DNA of 64,000 nt from Azolla caroliniana. Its lineage: Eukaryota; Plantae; Polypodiophyta. The notes beneath the pieces were generated by a model, which saw nothing but the letters and a program-made list of their open reading frames with translations, was not told the origin of the DNA and made no database searches. Below are positions 24,167 to 37,100 of the stretch, piece after piece. The stretch covers positions 11,718,001-11,782,000 of the forward strand of contig JBHGNT010000010.1 in the NCBI GenBank assembly GCA_043228905.1, in the 5' to 3' direction. Numbering within the stretch: position 1 is the stretch's first letter; each line of letters begins with the position of its first letter. Made by a program: the position numbers and the translations under genes.

Positions 24167-24263
24167 ATAATACCAGCATCAATACCAATCTCAATTAACA
24201 TACAAGGTTAAGGTTCACACTGCTGCCTATTGTTACATCGGCGTGATCCTCTACTTCTGTAGA

Positions 24264-25830
24264 CTATGCTAGTACTAGCCCACCTAAATATGGAGTAGAT
24301 TCTAGTATTAAACCTACATTACAACTAATTGTAGAATGCAATGTGTACTATGTTAGTACTAGCTGACCTAAATATAGGATGGATTCTAGTACTACACCAA
24401 CTGTACACCTAAAAGTCTCCTAAATTTGTACTATGCTTGTCCTAGCCCACCTAAATATAGAATGGATTCTAGTACTAAACCAACTGTACAACTAATTCCA
24501 AAATGAAGTGTGTACTTACTACCATGTCAGTACTAGCTCACTTATATATAGGATGGATTCTAGTACCAAACCAACTCTACATGTAAAGGTCTCTTGAAGC
24601 ATGTACTATGCTAGTACTAGCCCACCTAAGTATAGAATGGATACTAGTACTAAACCAACAGTACAACTAATTGCTGAATTAAATGTGTACTATGTTAGTA
24701 CTAAATCACCTAAATATAGGATGGATACTAGTACTACAACTGTACACCAAAAGGTTTGCTAAATTTGTACTATGCTTGTCCTAGCCCACCTAAATATAGA
24801 ATGGATTCTAGTACTAAACCAATTGTACAACTAATTCCAGAATGAAGTGTGTACTATGTTAGTACTAGCTCACCTAAATATAGGATGGATTCTAGTACTA
24901 CACCAACTGTACACCTAAAGGTCTCCTAAATTTGTACTATGTTTGTCCTAGCCCACCTATATAGAGAATGGATTCCAGTACTAAACCAATTGTACAACTA
25001 ATTGCAGAATGAAGTGTGTACTATGTTAGTACTAAGTGCTAGCTCACTTATATATAGGATGGATTCTAGTACTACACCAACTCTACACGTAAAGGTCTCC
25101 TGAAGTGTGTACTATGCTAGTACTAGCCCATCTAAATATAGAATGGATACTAGTACTAAACCAACAGTACAACTATTTGCAGAATGAAATGTGTACTATT
25201 TTAGTTCTAGCTCACCTAAATATAGGATGGATACTAGTGTACTACATCAACTATACACCTAAGGGTCTCCTAAATTTGTACTATGCTTGTCCTAGCCCAC
25301 CTAAATATAGAATGGATTCTAGTTCTAAACCAATTGTACAACTGATTCCAGAATGAAGTGTGTACTATGTTAGTACTAGCTCACCTAAACATAGGATGAA
25401 TTCTAGTACTACATCAACTGTACACCTAAAGGTCTCCTGAAGTGTGTAATATGCTAGTACTAGCCCACCTAAATATAGAATAGATTGTAGTACTAAACCA
25501 ATTGTACAACTACTTACTGAATGAAGTGCATACTATGTTAGTACTAGCCCACGTAAATATAAGATGGATTCTAGTACTACATGAACTATACACCTAAAGG
25601 TCTCTTGAAGTGTGTAATATGCTAGTATTAGCTCACCTAAATATAGAATAGATTGTAGTACTAAACCAATTGTACAACTACTTACTGAATGAAGTGCATA
25701 CTATGTTAGTACTAGCCCACGTAAATATAAGATGGATTTTAGTACTCCACCAATCGTATACCTAAAGGTGTCCTGAAGTGTGTACTATGCTAGTACTAGC
25801 CCACCTAAATATAGAAGGGATTCAGTAAGA
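24264..25830. repeat. Tandem array of alternating about 84/83-bp monomers (about 167-bp dimer) in an intron of the RING gene
   Basis: ctagcccacctaaatatag recurs at 24781, 24865 and 24948. Confidence 0.93.
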
Positions 25831-26869
25831 GTAGCATGTTTAGTACTACAAAAACTATACACCAACATGTAAATTTAGTTACGATGAATGCACAAGAACT
25901 AAACGACATAAATATCGATGCAACATATAGTATATGGAGCGAAACCAATACTAAACCATGAATTTTCTACTTTCTGGTATGAATTATGACCTAAACCAAT
26001 ACTAAAGCAACTATTAAATGGAATTAGAAAATACTAAAAGACATAATAGCAGTATCACATACCAGAGGAGTGAACTTTGAAACCCATAGCTAAGTACCAT
26101 TCAGCTCCAATCGTATTTTACAGTCCATACATGTATTTACTTTCTCAAAGTGGTACTTAGCACATAGCGTATGATATGTGTGCAAACACAGTGTAATCAC
26201 AACATCCATAGCCTCGAGCTTGAATCCAAGGCCACATAATACACATATGCACTTGGAGACATAGACTACCACATAATAGCTAAAGGAGAAAAATATAAAC
26301 CATAGAAGGTAAAAGGAGAGATATCCTCTTAGGCATCCTCAGACTTCAAGCCAGTGTTTGTACTGGAGGACTCTCTATAATGTGATGATTGGTGACGAGT
26401 AAAGTCTTCCTAGTCAACTTCAATGTCACTTGAACTTCACATGCAAAAACACATGTGCTTCACCCTTTCTTTGGTGTGTGTCTATTTACTTTCTTTGATG
26501 GGGGGTCCAAGTTCTTTCCTTTGTGGGTGTCATCACTTCATCTTTGACTAGTGCCTTCCTCGTGGGTGTCTTCTTTGTCAATTTTCTAGTTCTCACTCTT
26601 CTTCTAAAAAAGCTTCCACAACACAGTATTAACTCCCTTGCATAGCTATAAACTAGTACTTACTTCACACATCAATATACATAGCAAAATACCATTCCTA
26701 AATCACACAGGAAATTACCACACTATAAATATGTCTAGACAACAATACTAAATCAACAAGAACAAGAAGAATAACAACAAGACAACAACTTTTCAACATA
26801 GCAGTACTAAGTCAAGCGTCCCCCTTTCCAACAAGAAGAAGAAGAAGCAAAGCAGATTCAAGCATATAT

Positions 26870-27735
26870 TGACCCTCAAATGAACACTACACAAAAACAA
26901 TAACACCACCACCAAGAAGAACAGGACATAATAGTATGGTCCAAAAATAACAAATCATATACTTGTCATCACAGAATTACTAAATCTCGACTCACAAATG
27001 AACACTGAGAAAAAAAAAACAATAATTGCAACAACATGAACAAAAACAACAAGAACATGACATAGTAGTCCAGATCAAGAACAAAGCACTTCTTGGACAT
27101 GTCATTTCCAAGCCTCAACAAGTGCAAGATTCATATCTCAGCTCTTGGATGAACACTAGAGAAAACAAGAACAACAAGAACAAGAACAAGAACAAGAACA
27201 ATAGATAGAACAAGAGCAAGAACATCATCAAAAATACTCAACAAGAACATGTTGAGGAACATAACATATACATAGGACCATATCATCATAGCACCCCTTT
27301 CCATATGTGAACATGTACTAGAGTCAACCATATACATGTTACAAGACTCTCAAATGAACACATTTGAAAAACAAAATGACAAACATACTCAACAAGAACA
27401 TATTGAGGAAATAACATATAAATAACATCATATCATCATAATGCCCCCTTACCATATGTGAACATGTAAAGGACTCAAGCCTATTTCTGTACAAGACTCT
27501 CAAATGAACACTTTTGAAAAACAAAACAAATGAAGAACAGGAACAACAATAAACATGCTCAACAAGAACATGTTGAGGAAGATAATATATAAATAGCATC
27601 ACATAATCATAGCACCCCGTTACCATAATAAGCATGTACAAGACTCAAGCATATTTCTATACAAGACTCTCAAATAAACACATTTGAAAAACCAGACATA
27701 ACAAGAACATTTACAAACAAAATCAACAAGAATAT
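26870..27735. repeat. Degenerate 150-170-bp tandem repeats plus an (AACAAG)n tract
   Basis: caacaagaacatgttgagg recurs near 27240, 27390 and 27560. Confidence 0.75.
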
Positions 27736-28611
27736 ACCTCTTCCCGAGTAGTTGAAGCTTCTCAATGAATATATGGTAGAGTTACAAGTTATTTCCCAAC
27801 AACTTATTTTAGATCATGTAGCAAAACCTACAATTGGAGGAGACCTAGATGTTGTGTCGTTTGAAGAGGTCTTTGCATGTTTGTTGTAGAGGGGTCATAA
27901 CAAGGACATTGAGTAGAGATAGTATGAACACAACGAGCAGAGGGGACAAAGTGAGCAAAGAATGCCTTATACACCGTAGAGGGGTCACAATAATAACAAA
28001 GAGCAGAGAATGCATGTTCGTTGGAGATGGCTCACAACAACAACAAAGAGTAGAGAACTCTTGTTTGCTTTGGATGATGTGACACAACAAGCACCAATGA
28101 GCACATATGGTGGGGACATAGAGAGCAAAGGGGACAGAGTGAGCACAGAGCAACTTGAGGTTGTAGAAGAGTCAAAGAGAACACAGAATGTGGTTGCCTC
28201 GAGGTGCAAACGGTCTGAAGCGTCACCACAACTTGAACACCTGTGAATGCAAGAGAAGCAAAGAGAGATCTGAGAGAGAGGGAGATCTGAGAAAGAGAGA
28301 GAGAGACTCACTCACCTTCAACAATTAAAGACTCGGTATAAGTTTACCTCGACACATGCACCTTCAACCTCAACTGGAATTTATTACACAAGGGACACTT
28401 GGACAGAGATGTAACCCTAGAAGGATGTGTGTGTTTATTATTCTTTTAAATTTTGAACCCATTGAATGTGACTTTTATTTTTTTAATAGGTGATGATAAA
28501 CTTTTTAGTCACTTTTATTGGATTTATTATAAATTATAGTGTTTATTCTCTTAATCGAAATAGTACTAAAATTTGGGCCAAAAGTTGGTACACCGTAGCT
28601 TGCTTTCACCA

Positions 28612-30681
28612 ATAAGCGGATTGGCCACATCAACTTCCGAAAGCTTCAGGAGTTGCAATCGAAACACATAGTTTCCGGATTGCTGAAAATTAGTGGCCGG
28701 AAAGGCCAAATATGTCAAGCTTGCCACCTCGAGAAGGAGGATAGGCTTCCGTTCCCCAACGAGAAGAATCAGAGCCGGAATTGGGTCGATCTTATTCATT
28801 TGGATGTGCGGGACTGGCACAAAACATGAGCATCGGCGGGAGTCGGTATTTCATCTACTTCATCGATGATTTCAGTCGACACACTTGGATCTATTTGATC
28901 GAGAACTTTAATCTCTCATGAGGACCGCAATAAAGTAATACGCCAAGACATATGTAAAATTTACACTCGGTATAAATGGATCACCCCACGAGAGCCACTC
29001 CCAACTAAAATGTTGTACTATAAGGAACACTTCATGCACTTCTCTGAGTTAGGTTTTATCACGCGGCCAAAATATCTAGATGTATTCTTACCACATGCAC
29101 TAAGGGTTGCCATTGGACAACTTAGAATATCATCTCACCAACTTGAGATTGAGAATGGCCGTACTAATGGAGTCCCTAGGGAGGGAAGGATATATAGGTT
29201 ATCTCACATAGAGATAGAGGATGAGTATCACTTTACATGCAAGTGCCCAATCTACGCCGAGATAAGGGAAAAATACCAAGACATACTTGGTTCCTCTCCC
29301 ACCCTCCCCAAACTATTAGATACTCTAGATATAAAGAAATTAGGCAAATACATTCTAGACCTAAAACAACACAAAGAGAATAAGTTACAAAATGTTGACA
29401 ATAATGTTGCTAATGTTCACCAACATGTAACAAATGAAGTTTTTCAGGAACAAGGGGAGCCAACAAACACACTTGCACCACTCGTCCTTTCCCTTCATGA
29501 GGCAAAAAACCAAAGAAGAACCAGACGTCCTCGGGTGCCAGGTTTCAAAGCAACTCGACGTGGTGTGGAAGCAATAATGAAAATAAGGGAACGTGAGCTA
29601 CACCGCCTAGAAGCCATGGCTAGGGCACTCTCTACATTGGAACCATGGGTCACACCCACATCAAAACCCTTTGACCCCCCACTACTTTTCGAGAGGCTTG
29701 GGTGGAAATAAAATTAGGATTAGTGTAAAGTCACTTCCTTTATCGAGTATATCACGTATTGTACACTACTAGAACTCTTTTAGCTTAAGTTCTATGTTTA
29801 CTTTATTTTATTTTATTTATGATGACTGGATAAATACTCATTTTGTTGTAAACCAATTGTCTCATGGGCCAAATTTGGCCTTAGAAGACGTTAATATATC
29901 TTTCTTTCTTTCTTTCTAGCTTCCAGGACCTAAAGAATCATGTAGAGCTAGAAACCAGAAGGAAGATTTAGTGCCTGAGATCAAATTGCGTGAAAGAGCA
30001 CTTTTCCGGATAGTTCACTAATTATATGCAAACCACGGGAATTCGCCGAGAGTTCTCCTGCAGATACACGCCGGAGAAGAACGGCATGGCCGAACGTCGA
30101 ATCGGACGTTGGTAGAAGCGGGGAGGGTAGTGCTGGAGGAGAAGAGCATGCCTCGGATTTATTGGGCTGAAGCAATTCAGACAACCGTCTACATACAGAA
30201 TCAGATATCTGCCTTAGGGACAAAGGTGTGGTCACACGAACTGTATTTTGAGTAGAAGTCGAATTTGGCGCACCTTTGGGTATTGAGCAAGATTGCATAT
30301 GTGCATGTGCCGTATGAAAAGTGGAAGAAATTGGATGCAAAATCGAAGAAGTGCATCCTGCTTGGCTACTTCGACGAGCAGAAGGGGTATAAGTGCTACA
30401 ATCCCCGTTCAAAGCCAATCCAAGTTAGCCGTGATGTCATCTTCGACGAAACAACATCTTGGTACCTCAGATCACCCGAACCCGAGCCGATTACTTTGGA
30501 TGTGTTGCAGAAACCAAATGACCGGATAGCCCAACTTCCCTCTGGATCCGTGGATCGAATCCAGATTGGTTGAGCTAGAGCGGTCAACCAGATGACAAGC
30601 CGGCGAGTAGCGAAGACTCGGTTGTGCTCTCCTCACGCAAGGAACCAAGGAGACAGTTCACGTGCAAAGAGAAAGGGAAGA
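28612..30681 (+). pseudogene. Continuation of the copia integrase from 6140-6887, split by a LINE
   Basis: FIDDFSRHTWIYLIE then, after 29916, ..KLDAKSKKCILLGY..KGYKCYNP..VSRDVIFDE. Confidence 0.88.
28906..29916 (+). mobile_element. 5'-truncated non-LTR retrotransposon (RTE-X/L2-like C-terminus) with a (CTTT)n tail
   Basis: ORF 29010-29711 has LRISSHQLEIENGR...IEDEYHF..KCPIY, the C-terminal zinc region of LINE ORF2; 3' tail tctttctttctttctttct; no TSD, short host deletion. Confidence 0.8.
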
Positions 30682-31151
30682 TGTTACGGGCATGACCATA
30701 TAATATCCCGTGGTGAGAATTTACTGTAGTATTCTATACACATGGATAAGTGTGAGGGTTAAATGAGAGTGTAAAAAAGGGGAGGATTACTTTTAATCCT
30801 CGGGATTGAGACAACCCATTAGACCAAGTGTGAACTTGCCTAGGGGCCTTGGGTATCGCTATAAATATGAGGCCTAGCTACCCTCATTTCATCATCTCTT
30901 GACTACGTCGAGACTCTGTTCTTGTGGTGGGTCAACTCTCGTAGCAAGCGCGCCAGCACCAGGTACGACTCGACGCCACGACGGTGGGATGGGACGCCGA
31001 TCGAGGCTCGAGTTTGTCTCGATCTCTTCGCTCGGGGGTGGTCGGGTGGATCGACATCCTTCTTTCTCTCTCACCTTTCTTGTTTCTTATATCTTTTATC
31101 CTTATCATATGCTTACATTAGACCATCGCTCTAACAGTTGGTATCAGAGCT

Positions 31152-34100
31152 TGTGAATGTTAATGTGCGGAAGCGTCAGACAGAACCGGCTCTGCCGAAT
31201 AGCAACAAAAAATGAGATGAAGGTTTAATGGAAAAACTAAAAACACAGAGGAGACAGAGAGAGTAGAACATACAACTATATTCAAAAAATTAACTCTAAA
31301 ACTCTATACATACAACGTGCTAAACAACAGTATTTATACAAGTCCATAAAGGACTCATAGAAGTACTGATAGGTACTTCAATGCTCACACGTGCGACTGA
31401 CACTAACTATGAGACAATGATTACCTAGTACTCTAGGCTACTATTAGGATTCCGGTTCCCGCTCGAATCCGGCTCTCCGATCCGGCCGGTTGTTTCCAGA
31501 TACCGATCCGGCTCAAGCTTGTTCACCCGATCCGGATCTGGTTGAGCTTGCTCGCTCAACACTCCCCCTCAAGCTCAACTTGAGGTTGGATCGTGCTGTT
31601 AGTGTCCGCGCCAGCCGGTTCTTCTACCCGTCTCCTTCTGGCGTTGCTCCGCCTTGCTCGTGTTCCTCGTCCGATCCGGTCTTGTTTGTCGTGACCCTTC
31701 TGGTTCTGTGCACTTTGACCTCCTTGGTCGGCTTGTTTGTTCAACAGGCCCATTTCAGCTCCTTTGCTACTACGACTCCGGCACTTGTTGACCCGTCGGT
31801 TCCTTCGTGTTGGCCTCGACTTTCGGTGCGTCCGTGTCCGCTTGGCCTTTAGTTGATCCGGCTTCCCCGAATCTTGAACCGAATCGGTTTCCTTCGATTC
31901 GTTCCAGCTCTTGTCCGAGTCGGTGTTCTCCAACTCGTCTTCCGGTTTCAAGCCCTTCACCACACCGAACCACGTCCAAGTCTTGGCCATTTTCGTCTGG
32001 TCGGCTCTGTCCTTCTTGACTCTGCCGCTGCTGCCGCTTGTTCTAACCTTTTTGGATATGCCGACTCCTTCGGTTGGCTCGTCCGATCGGCTCAGTCCTG
32101 TGCCATCCGTTCCCTTTCCTTTTCTCCCCCTCAAGTGCGGCACGTCGAGGTGCTGAACACCAAGCATTTCGGTGAAGTGCTACAACTTGTCCGATCCGAG
32201 CGGTGTCGTGTGAATCTTCACATACTATGTAAAATATAATGAAATAAGTATTTTAGATTAGATTAGTAGCTTGTTATAGAAAGATGGATGTTTGAGAAGA
32301 AAGGGAAATTAGAACTATGATTTATCCCACATAGATAAGAAGTTTGACAAGAAAGGGAAAATTAGGACTATGATTTATCCCACATAGATAGGAAACTTAA
32401 GGCATTCGCTATATAAGTACCTTGAGATCGCTCATTTTTTCATTTGTGTTTAGAGCACTTTGGCCACTTTGTCTAGAAGGATGAATGTGGCTAAGTTCCC
32501 AAAACCGGCTGGCAATAAAATGGAACCGGCCGGTAATGGGAACCAAACCAGAACCGGCCGGCAAGCAAACTAGAACCGAAACTAGCAAGCAAACTGGAAC
32601 TGGCCGGCAAGCAAAATCGGAAACGGGCCAGCAAGCAAAATCGGAAATCGGCCTGCAAGCAAAATTGGAAACCGGCCGGCAAGCAAACCGAAACCGAAAC
32701 CGTCCAGCAAGCAAACTAGAAGCGGTCGGCGATGGATTCAACGATCAGGTGGAACCGGCTACCGGACGAGATTGGATCATGCAACGAACTAAAGTAAAGT
32801 GAAGAAAACTAAAGTAAAGGCCATGTGGACACAAGCAACTAAAGTTGGAGTGCATGCATAAAGTAAAGGTGATGTGGAAGGTGTGCAACAAAAGGTGGAG
32901 ATCATGCAAAAAGTAATAAATAAAAAAACGTTATGTGGAATGCATGTAAGTGTATGGGGGAGAATAAGGAAAAATCCATCAATCAAGAAGGGGGCTATCA
33001 CTCATAATTCCTAATTTTCATACGGGGGAAGGAAGCTATCTCTCAAGAAAACCATAATTTCCATACAGAAGCAATCTCTCTAAAAATCCTAAATTCCTTA
33101 GAAAATCCATCTTACTCATAACCCTAATTTTCCATACGGAAGCTATTCAACTCATAAAACCATAATCTCTTATCAAAGCCAATAACCCTAAATCTCTATG
33201 GAATCCATATCTTAGTTTCTTCTAATCTATTATTCTAGTAATCTCCTTAAGATAAAACTTTTGTAATCCCAATCTTGGGATTAATTGTAATCTTTCCTTC
33301 TACTTGTTAATGAAATTTGTTAATCTTTCTCATTTCGGTTAATTCTTAGTACATAAATACACAAATTTGATATCCTCTAGTCAAAGGCCCTGGGGTCTTG
33401 CCTCAACGTTCATGTATCCTCATCGTATTTTTGCGACAGCGGTTTGGTGAAGATATCGGCAATCTACCGATCCGTCTGAACATACCAAAGTTCTACTTTA
33501 CCGCTCAAAACCCGCTCACGCACAAAGTGATAGTGGACTTCTATGTGCTTCGTCCGAGCATGGAACATGGGGTTCTTGGCAAGCTGAATGCTGCTCATAT
33601 TGTCACAATAGAGCAGGATCGGGGTCAGTACCTCAATCCGTAGGTCTTGCAGCAGTCGTCGAAGCCAGATGGCTTCACAAGTGGCATTGGTAGCGCCCCC
33701 GTACTCAGCCTTAGTGCTCAACAAAGCCGCTATTGGCTGCTTTTTGCTCCTCCACGCAACAGTCGCGCTACCTCGAGAAAACATGTAACCGGAGGTGGAT
33801 CAACGATCCGATACATCTCCAGCCCAATCGGCATCGGTATATCCGACTAGCTTCCCAGCTATACCGTGTCGGTATAATAGTCCTCGATCCTTCGTGCCGC
33901 TAACATACCGGAGTATCCGATTTGCGCACTGAAGGTGCTCGATGGTCAGCCTTTGCATGAACTGGTTGATCACTCCGACCAGGTAATTGAGGTTGGGTCG
34001 AGTGATTGTCAAGTAACTTAGGGTTTCGACGATTTGTCGGAACCGTTTCTCATCGCAAGCCGGTCTGGAGTTGGGACAGAGCTTCTGGTTCCGGTCCAGG

Positions 34101-37100
34101 GGTGTGGAGACAAGTCGGCACTCTGTCATACCGAACTTGGACAACATATTTAACACATAGTGTCGTTGTGAGAGCAATATGCCATCGGGGATTCGGATCA
34201 CCTCGATCCCAAGAAAATAATGAAGGTCCCCCAAGTCCTTCATTTTAAATGCATCCGACAGCTGGGACTTTACTCAGCCGATTTCATTGAGTCCGGGTCC
34301 GGTGATGACTAAATCATCAACATAAAGTAGGATGCAAACCGGACCGTCCGGAACTTGCCGGATGAACAACGACGAGTCGGATTTACAGGTCACAAACCCC
34401 ATCTTACGCAACCGGTGTGTGATCTTCGTATTCCAAGCTCAGGGGCCTTGTTTTAGACCGTAAAGAGACTTCTTGAGCCGGCACACCGCCGACTTGTTCA
34501 TCTCCGACTGAAAACCGGGAGGTTGGATCATATAGACCCGTTCTTCAAGGTCACCTTGAAGAAATGCATTCTTCACGTCCATCTGGTGAAGATGCCAACC
34601 CCTTGCCACAACAACCACCAGTACCACACGAACCGTCGTCATCTTCGCTACCGGGGCGAAGGTCTCGTCGTAATCTATTCCCTGGGTATGTACGTATCCC
34701 TTGGCCACTAACCGGGACTTGTACCGGTTAACCGAACCGTTGGTATTGTACTTTACCTTGTACATCCATTTGCAACCAATCGGTTTACAGTGTCGGGGAG
34801 GGTCAACAAGGTCCCACATGTCGTTGGCATCTAGTGCCCGCATTTCTTCCTCCATAACAGCACACCAATTTGCATCCTTTGCCGCTTCTGCGTAGCTCTC
34901 CAGCACCTTAGTCATGAACGCATAATGATGCGCCATGTACTCATTGTACCTGTACCGCGTAACGGGGTTCTTCAGGCGGGAAGACCGGCGTAACTTAGTA
35001 TTACCCGGTTTGGGGCCCTTCTTGGCTAGATCGGACTTCGTTCTAAAGATCCGCCATCATCCTTTCCAGAACTGGATGCGTTCTGATCCGACTCAACGTT
35101 GCCGGCTTCGTATTCCGGCATCTTCTTCTTCCCCTTCTCTTTGGGCGTTAACCGTCTCTTCGGTTCCTTGCGCGGGGAGAGCACGAGAGAGTCTCTACTA
35201 CTCGCTGGTTCTTCATCCGACTGGTCACTTTGACCCAGTCTCTCGTTTGGTCCACTCAATTGAAACAATTGCGGACTCTCTTCTAAAGTTTCCAGCTTGT
35301 CATCTTCTATCTCCTTCTAGAGTCTCCAGCTCGTCATCTTCTATCTGGGCCTCCTCAGGCTCACTAGCCTCATCTTCCGAAATCGGGTCTTCGTCAGGAG
35401 TTGGAATCGGTTAGGAGTACCATGATGTTGTCTCATCAAGCTCGACATCTCGGCTTACTCGGACCTGCTTAGTCTGGGTGTTATAGCACTTATACCCCTT
35501 TTGCTCATTCGAGTAACCGACGAGATTGCACTTCTTCGACTTCAGATCTAGCTTCCTCCGCTTCTCATCCGGTACATGCACATATGCTATGCTACCGAAT
35601 ATCCGAAGGTGTCTCAAATTCGGCTTTCGCCCGAAATAACAACTCATGTGCTAACACCATGTCACCGATCCGGTTTTGGATGTAGACGGTCATCCGGTCC
35701 GCCTCGGCCCAGGCGAAATGGGGCATGCTCTTCTCCTCTAGCATTGCCCTTGTCGCGTCGACAATCGACCGGTTCTTCCTTTCGGCCACACCATTTTGCT
35801 CCGGTGTGTACCTGCAACTGAATTCTCTCTGAATTCCATTCTGTTGCAGATAACTGTTGAATTGGCCGGAAAAGTATTCTTTCCCGCCATTCGACTGTAA
35901 GCACTTGATCTTCCTCTCCGTTTCCCGTTCAACCAAGCTTTGAAGGTTCCGGAAACACTTGAAGACTTCTCTCTTCCTCTCGATGAGGTAGATCCACGTG
36001 TGCCGATTGTAGTCGTCGATGAAGGAGACGAAATACCAACTCCCGCCAAGACTAACGTTTTGTGTTGGTCCCCATACATCCGAATGGATTAAATCGAGCT
36101 TGTTATGGCTCCGGTTTCGATCGGTGGGGAATGGAAGCCGGTGTTGCTTCCCGGGTTGGCAGGCTTCACAAATTTCGGCCTTCCAGCCGCTATTCGGCGA
36201 ACTGAAAACGACTTGTTTCGATTGCAAGTCTTGAAGCCTCCGATAATTGACGTGGCCGATCCGCTTGTGCCATAGGTCGATGTCCGATTCGACCTTCTGC
36301 CCTTTCGCAAACATAGCGGTGCCGACATCATTAGTGTTGAGGATGAACATCCTCCCGTTTCTGCGTCCTTGCGCAATTATCCGGCCCTCTTCCTCGATGA
36401 AACACCCTAGGTGCATAAACCGCACTTGCATCCCCTGGTCGACGATTTGCCCAACTGACACCAGGTTCTTTGTGATAGTCAGAACATGTAGTATGTTCAT
36501 CATCTTCCCCTTTTGTCCGACATGGCTTAAAGGGACTTCTCCGACATGCACAATCGGGTGAGGGGTGTCGTCTCCGGTTTCGACAATCCCCGGTTGTTCC
36601 GGTTTCTCCAAAAAAGAGAACCACTCTTCATGGTTCGTCATGTGATTGGACACTCCGGAATCAACATGCAATACTTCCTCTGATTTGGAAGTAGTCTTCT
36701 TCATCAAGTTAGCCTTGTGTTTCATCACAAAGGCTGGCCCTTTACCGGTTTTCCCAGTTCTGGATCCTTCTTATCCTTCTGCGTAGTGCAAGCTTTGCTA
36801 GTTCTCCCGACCGATTTTGACGGATCCGGATTTGTCCGAATTGGCACACTTCTTCCAGCACTCGCTTTCCCTGTGGCCATTTTTGCCACAGTACCAACAT
36901 TCCATGTCGGCCTTTCCTTGCCGGTTCCCGGCGCCGCTTTGACTCCCCCTACTTGTGGAGGGTCCGGAACTATTGTCGGCACAACCTCTGTGCCTTTGGT
37001 CCTGCTCTTGTCGGCCGCCTCCATTGCGTGCCGACCCACCTCGTCCACCACATCCATGGGGCCGATCTGTCTCTGTGTACAACATTCGATCGTCCGATTG

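Larger units (their letters stand above)
18196..28315 (-). pseudogene. Second, convergent multi-exon gene of the DNA transposon: RING-H2 domain plus acidic 26-aa repeats
   Basis: 26090-26272 encodes C-VL-C-x15-C-L-H-TY-H-TL-C-x10-C-MD-C. Donor GTATGT at 26062 and acceptor CATAG at 24264; further donors near 27737 and 28315. 78-bp coding repeats (EEEHMSTKKDVDNTIQDESAKNTTTSH) at 18400-18950. Interrupted by the copia at 19059. Exon model is tentative. Confidence 0.55.
6888..28611 (+). mobile_element. Large Sola2-like cut-and-paste DNA transposon with nested LTR elements (about 10.8 kb net)
   Basis: TIRs GGGTTAAAGCACGCTACGGTGTACCAA / revcomp TGGTGAAAGCAAGCTACGGTGTACCAA (24/27). Probable 4-bp TSD ATAA (6884-6887, 28612-28615) splitting the copia codons W-H-K-R. 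Internal transposase has WSD..QFK and SGHGKGEYDG motifs. Confidence 0.82.

Noticed and set aside
26090-26272. Host RING E3 gene
   Set aside because: It lies between the TIRs of the DNA transposon and is disrupted; treated as transposon cargo.
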